A model generated the notes under the pieces. That model was given only the letters and a program-made list of their open reading frames with translations. It was not told the origin of the DNA and ran no database searches. A DNA stretch of 64,000 nucleotides from Acidobacteria bacterium RIFCSPLOWO2_02_FULL_61_28 (GTDB lineage: Bacteria > Acidobacteriota > Terriglobia > 2-12-FULL-54-10). Where the stretch lies: positions 19,298 to 83,297 of the forward strand of contig MEKR01000164.1 of assembly GCA_001767035.1 (NCBI GenBank). Reading direction: 5' to 3'. Below are positions 17,125 through 26,509 of this stretch, one piece after another (within the stretch, counting starts at the first letter, position 1; each line of letters starts with the position of its first letter). The position numbers were made by a program, and so were the translations under genes.

Positions 17125-18633
17125 ATGTCCCGCAACACGCGCTTGGTGTTTCCCTTTCTGGCAGTCAACGTATTGGTCGTCAGTGTATTGGTGCTGGCGT
17201 CTTGTTCGTCGGTCATCGCCCCATCGGGCTCCGGCGGCGGGTCGGCCGCCGACCCGATGTCGGACGGCTCGCAGAACGTGCGCCTGGTGGGCCACCACGA
17301 TCTCCAGGGGCGCACGGCCCTGGTCGTGACCACGAAGTCCGACCCGGCCAACGGCAACTGGGTCTACGTGGGGCACCATGAGAGCTTCCGGGACGGCAAG
17401 CCGCTGCTCAACCCCATCACCGGGAAGATGGAGTTCAACGGCACCTCCATCCTGGAGATTTCCGACCCGTCCAAGCCCCGGCTGGTTTGGCACATTCCCA
17501 ACGAAACGAACAAGAATTCGCGCGGTGTGTCGGTGGTCTACGACTACCAGCACGACTCCTCCGGACGCGACTACCTGATCCGCAACTCGGAAGCCCTGAC
17601 GCAGGGCGAAACCGGACAGGACTTGAAGTACCAGATCTTCGACATCACGGAGAGGAACACCGACCCGTCGAAGATCGCGCTGGTCGGGGAGATCACCGGA
17701 ACGCCGGCGAACTCCTGCGGCGCCGGCTGCGGCGGCAAGTTCATCATGCGGGCGCACAAAGGCTGGTGGTCGCAGGAAACCGGGTACTTCTACGCGGCGT
17801 CGGGCGAACCCGGTTTCCGCAACGTGATCGTACAGATTTTCGACCTGAAGAATCCGAAGCAGCCCAAGCTGGTCGGCCGCGCCTGGATCCCCGGCCTCAA
17901 GGACGGCGAGGCGGGCTACGACGGGCAGTACTCGCATCATCCGGTCGTGGACGAGGAGAACCGGCGGCTCTACGTCGGCTACCGCAACGCGGGAGGCCAG
18001 GCGGCGTCGTTCGACATCTCCAATCCGGCGCAGCCGAAGCTGGTCTGGATGATTGACATGAACCCGCCGCACCGCGGGCCGCACACGGTCTCGCCGATCC
18101 TCTACAATACGGTCCCGAACTTCGGCAAGGACGCCTTGCCGCGCGCCTACGCCTTCATCGTAGATGAGGCCGGCGGCGCCGCCGACATGAAACCGTGCCC
18201 CAACGGCGTGCGCACGGGGTCGTACATGCTCGACATCACGACCGAGACGAAGCCGTTTCCCGTGTCGGTGTATCAGGTGCCCGTCGGCAACTTCTGCGAG
18301 AAGGGCGGGCGCTTCGGCCCGCACCAGCCCGCGGAAACGGTGAACGGCCAGATCAATCGCTTCCAGGACAAGATCGCCTGGCTCGCCTATTTCAACGCCG
18401 GGGTCCGCGTCCTCGATCTCAGCGATCCGTACCGCCTGACGGAACTCGGCTATTACATCCCGAAGCCCAACCAGAACTCCTATCCGATCGCCGAAGGGCA
18501 GCCGGTCGTGATTCAGATCAACGACGTGGACATGGACCACCGCGGCCTGGCCTACGCCTCGGACCGCGCCGGAACGGGGCTTTTTATTCTGGAGTACACT
18601 GGCCGCAAGCCGGGACCAGCCACTACCCCGTAG
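17125..18633 (+). CDS. Lipoprotein with LVIVD-type beta-propeller repeats. ATG at 17125 has RBS GGAGGG.
   Basis: MSRNTRLVFPFLAVNVLVVSVLVLASCSS lipobox. Repeated ...G-YVG------ifDl-nP-qPKLV blocks (IFDLKNPKQPKLVGRAW, FDISNPAQPKLVWMI, RVLDLSDPYRLTELGYY). Confidence 0.55.
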   Translation: MSRNTRLVFPFLAVNVLVVSVLVLASCSSVIAPSGSGGGSAADPMSDGSQNVRLVGHHDLQGRTALVVTTKSDPANGNWVYVGHHESFRDGKPLLNPITGKMEFNGTSILEISDPSKPRLVWHIPNETNKNSRGVSVVYDYQHDSSGRDYLIRNSEALTQGETGQDLKYQIFDITERNTDPSKIALVGEITGTPANSCGAGCGGKFIMRAHKGWWSQETGYFYAASGEPGFRNVIVQIFDLKNPKQPKLVGRAWIPGLKDGEAGYDGQYSHHPVVDEENRRLYVGYRNAGGQAASFDISNPAQPKLVWMIDMNPPHRGPHTVSPILYNTVPNFGKDALPRAYAFIVDEAGGAADMKPCPNGVRTGSYMLDITTETKPFPVSVYQVPVGNFCEKGGRFGPHQPAETVNGQINRFQDKIAWLAYFNAGVRVLDLSDPYRLTELGYYIPKPNQNSYPIAEGQPVVIQINDVDMDHRGLAYASDRAGTGLFILEYTGRKPGPATTP

Positions 18634-18680
18634 AGCATTTCTCTGCACCAGTTTCAGGGTTGGTGTAGAGTACGTGGGGT

Positions 18681-18706
18681 CGTCAGGGCACGACTTCAGT
18701 CGTGCC
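18681..18706. repeat. Short MITE-family copy (TIR half plus one hairpin) at the left edge of the low-GC RM island.
   Basis: cgtcagggcacgacttcagtcgtgcc. Confidence 0.5.
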
Positions 18707-18985
18707 GGAATCGCCGCAGAATCAATTTCGTACCACTCTGCCGATGGCCGGAGAGGAGCGGAACGACACCGACTGTGTCGTTCCGGGCGGAGCGACATCC
18801 CTCAACTCTGGCGTTCCACAGCGAATCGTCATTCCAGGGGCCAGCGGGGGATCGCGGTTGGGCTGATGGTCCGTTCATTGCCTTGCTCTCTGTCTTGTGA
18901 TATTTATGTTGTCGAGTTACATTCTGCGCGCGGGATCAGGATGAGACCAAAGTCTAAGGAGAGCTATGGAATCAAGGGCTAACGA

Positions 18986-21900
18986 ATGGCGGACCTAAGC
19001 AAATCCCTGGCAGAACTGGCCGTCTTAGCCCGTACGCTCAGACCGGAAGCAACCCTTCGGCAATATTTCATTCAGGCTCTTGACGACTACTTAAAAGAAG
19101 CCAACCTTTTCCCCATCGACCCAGGTCCCCTATTCCGCCTGGACGAGCGGATTATCCGCGGCAAGCCCGATTCGCGACTCGGAGCCCTGACCTTTGAGGT
19201 CAAGTTACCTAAGCCACGTGGACAAGGACTGCCAGCCGCGATCAAGCAAGTTTGCGGCTACATCGATGAGTACGCTCAGCAATCCATCCTGGTCCGTGGC
19301 GTAGCTTATGACGGAGAATCAATTGCCCTTCTCAACGAACAAAAGGAAATCATTTTTGAGGGACAATCTCCAGAGGGTGCCACACTGTTGTGCTCCTGGC
19401 TCACGTTGCTCGCACCGGCTGCCAAGACCCCAGAGGACATGGTCAATAGATTCGGCTCCCCTTCCGCCCTGAGCCGAAACAGCATCAAGATGCTTTATGA
19501 CCTTTTCGTCCGCTTCGAATCCGAAATTCCATTTATCGAAGAAGTATTCACTATATGGAAAGCGGTTTATGGATGTGCGGCAAATATCAACAAGGAAACA
19601 ATTCAAGGTCTTCGAAAAACGGGACGGGAATTGGGAATCACAATCAAAGGTAAAAAAGAGGCGGAAAAATTTGTCTTTGCTCTGGAAACCTACCTCAGTA
19701 TTTTGCTCAAACTTCTCGTCGCGCGGGTCGCAGTTGAGCAAAAACTTATTCCGCAACGGTACGTTTTTGAACTCATATGCGAACCGCCGGGCCAAGAGCA
19801 CCTTCGTTACACTAAACTCTCCTCCTTCATTCCCCATCTTGCCAGCGTTTTCGAGGAGGACCCCTTCGATTGGTTCATTGACGCTGCCAAGGCAGACAAA
19901 TACGCTGAGGCGAACGTTCGCAATACCCTGCGATCCGTAGCGGAATCAATTGACAACATCCATCTTCTGCAGATGGGCCAGGATTTCCTTCGGGTTTTTT
20001 ATCAGCATTTTTTTGACACCGCATCACGGCGCGCCCTGGGCGAGTTCTACACAAACAGTGATTTGGTCAGAAAAGCTCTTGATGCTGTCGACTATGACGG
20101 TTCAGTGGACAAACCCATTATTGACTTTTGTTGTGGTTCCGGCAATTTTCTCATTGAAATTCTGAAGCGAGTTAAAGCGAAAGGGAAAAACCGCAAGAGT
20201 GCTCGCTTGCTGGGGGATATCGAAAAAAACGTTTTCGGAGTTGATATACATCCACTCGCGGTAGCAATGGCGCGAGTCAATTTCATTATCGCAGTCGCAC
20301 CTCTCCTCAAACGAGATTACACGTTCCACGTGCCGGTTTACTGGGCGGATTCGCTGGTTCGCCTTGCCGCAAAAAAGAGGTCTCGGAAGCTTGATATCCT
20401 CGGAGAGCCTGTGAAAATCAGCGTTCCAGGTATGAAGACGTTTAACCTACCGGATCCCGATAGGTTCGATTGGGAAGGGCTTTTTGAATTTTGTCGTCAA
20501 CATATTGGCAACATTGCTGGCAAAGCAGATTTTAATCGAGTCTGGCAGCGTTTTGAACAAGAATATCCCCGCGAGGAGATTTTGCCTTTCGAGGATGCGC
20601 TGAAAGACTTCATCGCCCAGCTAGTTGACCGTCGCAACAGCGGGCGCGACACGCGATGGCTTCCGATGCTCCGCAATATTCTTCTTCTCGAACGCCAGAA
20701 AGGGAAGTTTCAGTACATTGTAGGCAATCCGCCTTGGGTTCGCATCCACAATATTGACGAAGAACTCCGGAAACGAATCAATGAGGATTTTAGTTTCTGT
20801 GCGGACGCAGGGTGGGAACGGGGATGCCAACTTGCGGGTATTGGCAGAGGTTTCGCAAGGCAGACGGACCTCTGCGTCCCATTCGTAGAGCGCGCCTTCG
20901 AACTTTTAGCTCCCGGCGGATACTTCTCGTTTGTCATAACATCCAAGGTCCAGCAGGCTCTTTACGCCAATGCCCTGCGCCGTGAACTAATCCAAGCAAA
21001 AACCCTCGTTCGCCTCAGCGATTATTCGCTCGATCCATTACCCCTCTTTGAAGGGGCTGTCAACTACCCTTTGATATTGAGCGTGCGTAATCAGAAGCCT
21101 GGTTCCGATTCGAAGTGTCTCGTGGAAGTCACTAATTCGCAAAAGGAAAAGCGTTTGTTCGAAGTGCCACAAAAAGAGTTAAGCCTCTTGGGAGATGACC
21201 CGGAGTCTCCGTGGTTCATGGCTCCGCCAGAGGTGGTTGCGGTTTTCCGAAAGATGCAGGCAGATGGTGAGATGCTCGGTGAAGATGACGCGCTCAGACC
21301 TCGACGGGGCATTATGACAGCCGCTAATGATATTTACATAATTACACGTGTTGATCCTACAGAATCGTCAAAAGAGGTCATGGTCACTACGGCCGGGGGC
21401 GCTGTTGTCAGAATCGAGAAGGAAATGCTAAGGCCACTGATAAGGGGTCGCGATCTACGACCCTGGGGCTTCACGCTTGCACAGGGGATCATTTGGACTC
21501 ACGACGACCAAACCGCACAACCATTGCAACAACTTCCTACGCGTGCCGCCGAATATTTTTCAGATGAAAAGATAATCAGGACGCTTAAAGACCGCGAGGA
21601 CTACAAGACCCACTTACCCATTTGGTCCGTTTTCCGCGCTGGCCCTGAAAAACTGAGTACGAAAGTTTGTTGGAAGGAACTCGCAAACGAGATGCAGGCA
21701 ACACCTTTGGACAAAAGCTATAGCTTCCCCCACATTGGAAAAAGAAGATTGATTCCTTTGCACACAGCCTACCTGATTCCGACAGAGACGCACGATGAGG
21801 CGGTTCTCCTGGCGGCAATTTTCAATAGCGTTCCGTTCCGCGCCTTCGTTATGGCATTTGCGCCTAGAGCGCGAGGAGGGTACTTTCGTCACTTTAGCTG

Positions 21901-22201
21901 GACGGTGGGCATGACCCCCGTTCCTTCAGCGCTACTTTCGCCAAACGCAAAACGAATTGGAATCAATAAACGCAATAATTCTCCTAATGGTTCCGTTATT
22001 CTGCGGATTGGGGACAATCTTCTGCATGAGCTGACCGGAGGCGAGCGCAGTCGCTTGGAAGCCGAGCTCAACGCGAGAATTTCGGAATTGTATGGACTTT
22101 CGACCCAAGATTTAGCAGTGCTGATGGAATATTATCGATTCATGCGCCCGCCAGCAAAAGAGCTTGATTTGCTCGAAGAAGCCGATTCGGATGATCTGTG
22201 A
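18986..22201 (+). CDS. MmeI-family type IIL restriction-modification enzyme. One 1071-aa polypeptide carries an N-terminal PD-(D/E)xK endonuclease, a gamma-class N6-adenine methyltransferase and a C-terminal TRD. Low-GC (~50%) island.
   Basis: Nuclease motif ...GKPD62SRLGALTFE71VK73 (D-x8-ExK; MmeI is D70-x9-E80xK82). MTase motif I IIDFCCGSGNFLIEI. Motif IV QYIVGNPPWVRIHN. ~300 aa of TRD follow. GC drop across 18900-22400. Confidence 0.8.
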   Translation: MADLSKSLAELAVLARTLRPEATLRQYFIQALDDYLKEANLFPIDPGPLFRLDERIIRGKPDSRLGALTFEVKLPKPRGQGLPAAIKQVCGYIDEYAQQSILVRGVAYDGESIALLNEQKEIIFEGQSPEGATLLCSWLTLLAPAAKTPEDMVNRFGSPSALSRNSIKMLYDLFVRFESEIPFIEEVFTIWKAVYGCAANINKETIQGLRKTGRELGITIKGKKEAEKFVFALETYLSILLKLLVARVAVEQKLIPQRYVFELICEPPGQEHLRYTKLSSFIPHLASVFEEDPFDWFIDAAKADKYAEANVRNTLRSVAESIDNIHLLQMGQDFLRVFYQHFFDTASRRALGEFYTNSDLVRKALDAVDYDGSVDKPIIDFCCGSGNFLIEILKRVKAKGKNRKSARLLGDIEKNVFGVDIHPLAVAMARVNFIIAVAPLLKRDYTFHVPVYWADSLVRLAAKKRSRKLDILGEPVKISVPGMKTFNLPDPDRFDWEGLFEFCRQHIGNIAGKADFNRVWQRFEQEYPREEILPFEDALKDFIAQLVDRRNSGRDTRWLPMLRNILLLERQKGKFQYIVGNPPWVRIHNIDEELRKRINEDFSFCADAGWERGCQLAGIGRGFARQTDLCVPFVERAFELLAPGGYFSFVITSKVQQALYANALRRELIQAKTLVRLSDYSLDPLPLFEGAVNYPLILSVRNQKPGSDSKCLVEVTNSQKEKRLFEVPQKELSLLGDDPESPWFMAPPEVVAVFRKMQADGEMLGEDDALRPRRGIMTAANDIYIITRVDPTESSKEVMVTTAGGAVVRIEKEMLRPLIRGRDLRPWGFTLAQGIIWTHDDQTAQPLQQLPTRAAEYFSDEKIIRTLKDREDYKTHLPIWSVFRAGPEKLSTKVCWKELANEMQATPLDKSYSFPHIGKRRLIPLHTAYLIPTETHDEAVLLAAIFNSVPFRAFVMAFAPRARGGYFRHFSWTVGMTPVPSALLSPNAKRIGINKRNNSPNGSVILRIGDNLLHELTGGERSRLEAELNARISELYGLSTQDLAVLMEYYRFMRPPAKELDLLEEADSDDL

Positions 22202-22502
22202 GTCCAACTCACCGCCGCTGGTAGCGCGGCTGCGGCTGCGCGCAGGGCTGCGCGACGGCCGACGGCAGTAAGGAAATTTGTCGTCCACCAAAATGGCGCG
22301 GTGGGAACCGAGCGAAGCGTCGAAAGCGGAGCGAAAGTGCATTTTAAGGTCTAGTATTCCTAGGTCTTATACACAAATAGCGAGGAGTCCGAGAGAGCCG
22401 AGGGAACCGAAACTTCCGAAAAAACCGAATACGTGGAATAGGGAGTGGGGAATGGGCAGTAGCGAAGTGCAGGTCCTTCGCTCCGCTCAGGATGACAGCG
22501 CG

Positions 22503-23420
22503 TCAGTCCGAGGCGGCGTGGCCCAGGGCGAGAGCGGAGACCGGCGCGGGGGTATCCACGGAAGCTTCTTCGGAGGAAACCAGTTCCCACAGCGAATGGT
22601 CGCGGACCAGCTTCAAGACCAGGGCGGTGTGCATGGCGTGGCCGGCGCGTTCGGCGACCACGTGCGCGCGCAGCGGATGCCCGAGCAGCGCCAGGTCGCC
22701 GATCAGATCCAGAATCTTGTGCCGACAGCATTCGTCGGGGAAGCGCAGGCCGGCGGCGTTCATCACCGCATCGCGCGTGAATACCAGAGCGTTGGCGAGC
22801 GAGCCGCCGCGGATCAGCCCCATGTTCTTCATCTGCGGAAGCTCGTCGAGAAAACCAAACGTGCGGGCCGGAGCGATCTCGCGCTCGAAGATGGCGGGCG
22901 TCAATTCAATCCCCATCGCTTGGCGGCCAACGCAGGGATGCGGGAAATCAATGCTGCTGGTGATCCGAAAACGCTCGTCCGGAAAAACCGCGATGCGCTT
23001 GCCGCCGTCCACGACTTCGACCGGACGGAGCAGACGCAGATAGCTGCGGTGCGCGCGCTGGCGGCGCAGCCCGGCTCGCTGCAGCAGCTCGACGAAGGGA
23101 GTGCAACTGCCGTCCAGGATGGGCAGTTCGAGCGAGTTGATTTCGACGATGGCGTTGTCCACTCCCATGGCGTACAGCGCCGCGAGAAGATGCTCGGTGG
23201 TCGAGATCAAAACCCCCTGACGCATCAGGCTCGTCGCGTAGCTGACCCGCGCGATGTGCTTCCAGGAGGCGGGGATTTCAAAGTTGTCGAGGTCGGTGCG
23301 GCGGAACACGATTCCACCGTTGGCCGGCGCCGGGAGGAGTTGGATGCGAACCGGGGCAGCGCTGTGAAGCCCGATCCCGGAGACTTCAACCGGCGTTGAG
23401 ATTGTCTGTTGGTAGTCCAC
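22503..23420 (-). CDS. lpxC: UDP-3-O-acyl-N-acetylglucosamine deacetylase LpxC.
   Basis: MDYQQTISTPVEVSGIGLHSAAPVRIQLLPAPANGGIVFRRTDL...TTEHLLAALYAMGVDNAIVEINSLELPILDGSCTPFVELL.... Confidence 0.9.
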   Translation of the reverse strand: MDYQQTISTPVEVSGIGLHSAAPVRIQLLPAPANGGIVFRRTDLDNFEIPASWKHIARVSYATSLMRQGVLISTTEHLLAALYAMGVDNAIVEINSLELPILDGSCTPFVELLQRAGLRRQRAHRSYLRLLRPVEVVDGGKRIAVFPDERFRITSSIDFPHPCVGRQAMGIELTPAIFEREIAPARTFGFLDELPQMKNMGLIRGGSLANALVFTRDAVMNAAGLRFPDECCRHKILDLIGDLALLGHPLRAHVVAERAGHAMHTALVLKLVRDHSLWELVSSEEASVDTPAPVSALALGHAASD

Positions 23421-23751
23421 TCGGTTTCCTCTCCACGAAAGTTCCTCTACGATGAGAGCAATCGGAAGTCCTTTCTTGGTATCCTACTAACATCTTTGAA
23501 TTCAATTTATTGCAAAAACATTTCAACTCCGCAACTGTTGTATTTATACAACAGGCGTGTCTTTCAAGGCAAGCCGGAGGTTACAGAAGTATTAACGGTT
23601 CGTCGTCGGAATCGCATCAAGGTAGGGTTTCCGCCCTGCGCAGGAGAGGGTGGCTTGACGGCGGGCTTGCCGATCTGATATAGCTTGAAGGATTTTTCGG
23701 GATGTTCCAGAGGTGGCCGACATTTTCGTTCCCCATGGCGGCTGCGAGTGA

Positions 23752-24462
23752 ATGAAAAAAGGCGGCTCCAAACAGAAACGCACGCGCGAGACCTCGAAAC
23801 GCTCCGGAGCGCCTCGGACACCTCCGAAGGCCGCTAATCCATTGATAGTAAGTCGGAAAGCCGAAGGGCGGGGGAAAGCCAAATCCTCCCGGACCTCTCC
23901 TTCCAAAACCGCTAAGGCTAAACCGGCGCAAGCCCGACCCCAGCCTCCCGTGAGCCGCAAGCCCACTCCGGAAGAAATTGCCCATCGCAATATGCTGGCG
24001 CAGTTTGAGGGTGCTCTGAAGTTGTTTAGCGGCAATCAGTTCGCCAAGGCCCGGAGCATCTTCGAGCGCCTGATGGGCGCCGCGGCGCCGGACCTGGCTC
24101 AACGAGCGCTGGTTTACCTGAACATCTGTAATCAGCGACTGGCGCGTCCCACCGTACAATTCAAGACCGCGGAGGACCATTACAATTACGCGGTGCAAAT
24201 CGCCAACCGGGGAAATCTGGAGGAAGCCGAAGAGCACTTGAAAAAGGCTCTGAAGCTGGCTCCCACCTGCGACTATATCCACTATGCGTTGGCCAGCACC
24301 TCGGCGTTGCGGGAAAATGCCGAGGAAGCGATGGCTCACTTGAAAGAAGCGATTCAACTGAACGGGCAAAACCGCTATCTGGCGCAAAACGATCCGGATT
24401 TTTCAAGCTTAAGCGAGGACCCGCGGTTCACGGAATTGCTCTACCCGGAGAGGCCGTTCTAA
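23752..24462 (+). CDS. TPR-repeat protein with a Lys/Arg/Pro-rich disordered N-terminus.
   Basis: MKKGGSKQKRTRETSKRSG...KAKPAQARPQPP, then TPR-like helices (...YNYAVQIANRGNLEEAEEHLKKALKLAPTCDYIHYALAST...AMAHLKEAIQLN). Confidence 0.6.
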   Translation: MKKGGSKQKRTRETSKRSGAPRTPPKAANPLIVSRKAEGRGKAKSSRTSPSKTAKAKPAQARPQPPVSRKPTPEEIAHRNMLAQFEGALKLFSGNQFAKARSIFERLMGAAAPDLAQRALVYLNICNQRLARPTVQFKTAEDHYNYAVQIANRGNLEEAEEHLKKALKLAPTCDYIHYALASTSALRENAEEAMAHLKEAIQLNGQNRYLAQNDPDFSSLSEDPRFTELLYPERPF

Positions 24463-25574
24463 TGGAGTCCGGCCGGGCTGGGAAGCGGGCGGCAGGGATT
24501 CGGATCCTCGCCATCGGCGGCGGCACGGGACTTTCCACCCTCCTGCAAGGTTTGAAGAAATTTGTAGCTGCCGAGCGGCCTGACGGGACCGCCTCCGTCT
24601 CCTCTCGAGACGACGCGCGCCGCGTGAGCGACCTGACCGCGGTGGTGACGATGTCGGATGACGGCGGCAGCTCGGGGCGGCTCCGGCGCGACTTTCAGGT
24701 GCTTCCTCCGGGCGACATTCGCAACTGCATGGTGGCGCTTTCCGAAGACGAAGCGCTTCTCTCCCGCCTGTTTCAATTCCGTTTTGCCGGCGGACGCGGC
24801 TTGAAAGGGCACAGCTTCGGGAACCTCTTTCTGACGGCGCTCACGGCGGTTACGGGGGATTTTCAGGAGGCCGTCAAGCTCTCCGGCGAAGTCCTGGCGA
24901 TTCGCGGCCGCATCTTCCCCTCGACGATGGCGGATGTCCGGCTGGAAGCCGAGATGGAGGACGGGCGAAACGTCCAGGGAGAGACCCGGATTTCCCGCAC
25001 CCGCGGCCGCATTGCGCGCCTCCGGCTCGCGCCTGCCTCCTGCAGCCCCTTGCCCCAAACTCTGAAGGCCATCGAGCAGGCCGATGTCATCACGATCGGG
25101 CCAGGCTCGTTGTTCACGAGCATCATCCCGAACCTTCTGGTGGAAGCAGTGGCCCCGGCGATCGCGCGCTCCCGGGCCGTGAAAATCTACATCGCCAACC
25201 TGATGACCCAGCCCGGCGAGACCACCGGCTTCACCGCCTCCGATCATCTCCGTGTTATTGAAGACCATTGCGGGGTCCGCTTTTTCGACGTGGCGCTGCT
25301 CAACGGCGCGCCAATCCCGCTGCGTCTTCAGAGACGGTACTTGGCGGAGCGGTCCCAACCCGTCGAGATTGACCTGCCTCAATTGATGGACATGGGCTTG
25401 CGCGTGGTCACGACGGACCTGGTTCCTGAGTCCCGTCCTGGCACGACCTCCTCCAAGTGGGTGCGGCACGACCCCGACCGCCTCGCCCAGGCCGTGATGG
25501 GAATCGCCTCGCGGCATCTGCGCTCCCGCGCCTCCCGGCCACACAAGAGACAAACAATCCGCAAGACGGCCTGA
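24462..25574 (+). CDS. yvcK: Gluconeogenesis factor / UPF0052 YvcK (CofD-like) family protein.
   Basis: IRILAIGGGTGLSTLLQGLK...VVTMSDDGGSSGRLRRDF...GDIRNCMVAL...GHSFGNLFLTAL...ITIGPGSLFTSIIPNLLV.... The ATG overlaps the upstream stop codon (TAATG). Confidence 0.85.
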   Translation: MESGRAGKRAAGIRILAIGGGTGLSTLLQGLKKFVAAERPDGTASVSSRDDARRVSDLTAVVTMSDDGGSSGRLRRDFQVLPPGDIRNCMVALSEDEALLSRLFQFRFAGGRGLKGHSFGNLFLTALTAVTGDFQEAVKLSGEVLAIRGRIFPSTMADVRLEAEMEDGRNVQGETRISRTRGRIARLRLAPASCSPLPQTLKAIEQADVITIGPGSLFTSIIPNLLVEAVAPAIARSRAVKIYIANLMTQPGETTGFTASDHLRVIEDHCGVRFFDVALLNGAPIPLRLQRRYLAERSQPVEIDLPQLMDMGLRVVTTDLVPESRPGTTSSKWVRHDPDRLAQAVMGIASRHLRSRASRPHKRQTIRKTA

Positions 25575-25640
25575 TACGGCATTGCCGCCGCCACGCGGCG
25601 AAATTCTCCTTCCCGTCGTCCTGCGGTCATCCCGGACTGC

Positions 25641-25668
25641 TTGACATACCATATTTAATATGTATACC
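25641..25668 (+). promoter_or_regulatory. Sigma70-like promoter (TTGACA - 16 nt - TATACC) with embedded near-palindrome CATATTtAATATG. Probable autoregulatory operator of the TA operon.
   Basis: ttgacataccatatttaatatgtataccct lies directly upstream of the toxin ATG at 25676. Confidence 0.45.
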
Positions 25669-25675
25669 CTGTCGC

Positions 25676-25957
25676 ATGTGGCAGATCGAAGAGCACCGTC
25701 GGGTTGAAAAACAACTCGATGCTGCGCCTCGTGAAATCTGGAAACGTTATGAGAAGTGGAAAGACATCGCAATGATCTCGGGTCCACCCGGCTTGCGGCT
25801 GATCAAAGGATTCCATGATGAAGCCCTCCGTGGAGAATGGCATGGGTATCGGTCATCTCGCTTGGGCCTCCAGTACCGGGTGATTTATCGATTAATCCCC
25901 GGGCAGTCTTTATTCCAAGTGGTTCAAGTAACGCCGCACGACTATCGGAGAGGATAG
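25676..25957 (+). CDS. RelE/ParE-superfamily (HigB-like) toxin, 93 aa. Toxin-first order typical of higBA.
   Basis: MWQIEEHRRVEKQLDAAPREIWKRYEKWKDIAMISGPPGLRLIKGFHDEALRGEWHGYRSSRLGLQYRVIYRLIPGQSLFQVVQVTPHDY has RelE-like length and motifs. The longer ORF from 25457 is rejected. Confidence 0.7.
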   Translation: MWQIEEHRRVEKQLDAAPREIWKRYEKWKDIAMISGPPGLRLIKGFHDEALRGEWHGYRSSRLGLQYRVIYRLIPGQSLFQVVQVTPHDYRRG

Positions 25958-25958
25958 A

Positions 25959-26219
25959 ATGAAAACGTTTCGTCCAGCGAGAAAGCGCATTGACGTATCG
26001 GCAGGGGAGTCTGTTCGCATCATCCGAGAATTACAGGGGTACAGCCAGAATGAGTTGGCCCGGCTGACGGGCATCCCGCAGGCAACCATCTCCGCCATTG
26101 AAAATGATCGTGTCCGGCTGGGCGTCGAGCGAGCCAAGATTCTGGCGCAAGCCTTGAAGTGCCATCCGGCGGTCTTGGTCTTTCCGGGATGGGAGGTAGC
26201 CCGCGAGTCGGCTGCCTGA
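25959..26219 (+). CDS. HTH_XRE antitoxin (HigA-like), 86 aa. Its start sits 1 nt after the toxin stop.
   Basis: ...IRELQGYSQNELARLTGIPQATISAIENDRVRLGVERAKILAQAL has the HTH. Confidence 0.75.
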   Translation: MKTFRPARKRIDVSAGESVRIIRELQGYSQNELARLTGIPQATISAIENDRVRLGVERAKILAQALKCHPAVLVFPGWEVARESAA

Positions 26220-26284
26220 CCCGGCGTTGCCGCTGGCGCGCTTCGATGCTGCTATAATGAGCGTGCAGCACGAAAGAGAAGCCT

Positions 26285-26509
26285 ATGCGAAATAGAACAG
26301 TCATCCACAGCGATCCCGACATTCTGGGCGGAACTCCGGTGTTCATGGGGACTCGCGTTCCGGTTCAGACGTTGATTGATTATTTGGAAGCGGGTCACCC
26401 TCTTTCCGATTTCCTGAAAGACTTCCCGACGGTCACTCGAAAGCAGGCACTGGCCGCGTTGGAACAAGCCAAAGAAGCCCTGCTCTCCGATGCGCATCTT
26501 GCTGGATGA
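26285..26509 (+). CDS. DUF433-family protein (putative antitoxin partner).
   Basis: MRNRTVIHSDPDILGGTPVFMGTRVPVQTLIDYLEAGHPLSDFLKDFP matches the DUF433 signature. Confidence 0.7.
   Translation: MRNRTVIHSDPDILGGTPVFMGTRVPVQTLIDYLEAGHPLSDFLKDFPTVTRKQALAALEQAKEALLSDAHLAG

Noticed and set aside
16927-18798. 623-aa minus-strand ORF
   Set aside because: Shadow ORF opposite the LVIVD-repeat lipoprotein gene. Its N-terminus is the read-through of a MITE-family repeat (ARLKSCPDD peptide).
18674-18982. 102-aa ORF upstream of the RM gene
   Set aside because: Begins inside a MITE-family repeat, has no motif, and the region looks like the promoter/5'UTR of the MmeI-like gene.
22278-23399. 373-aa plus-strand ORF
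   Set aside because: Antisense to lpxC.
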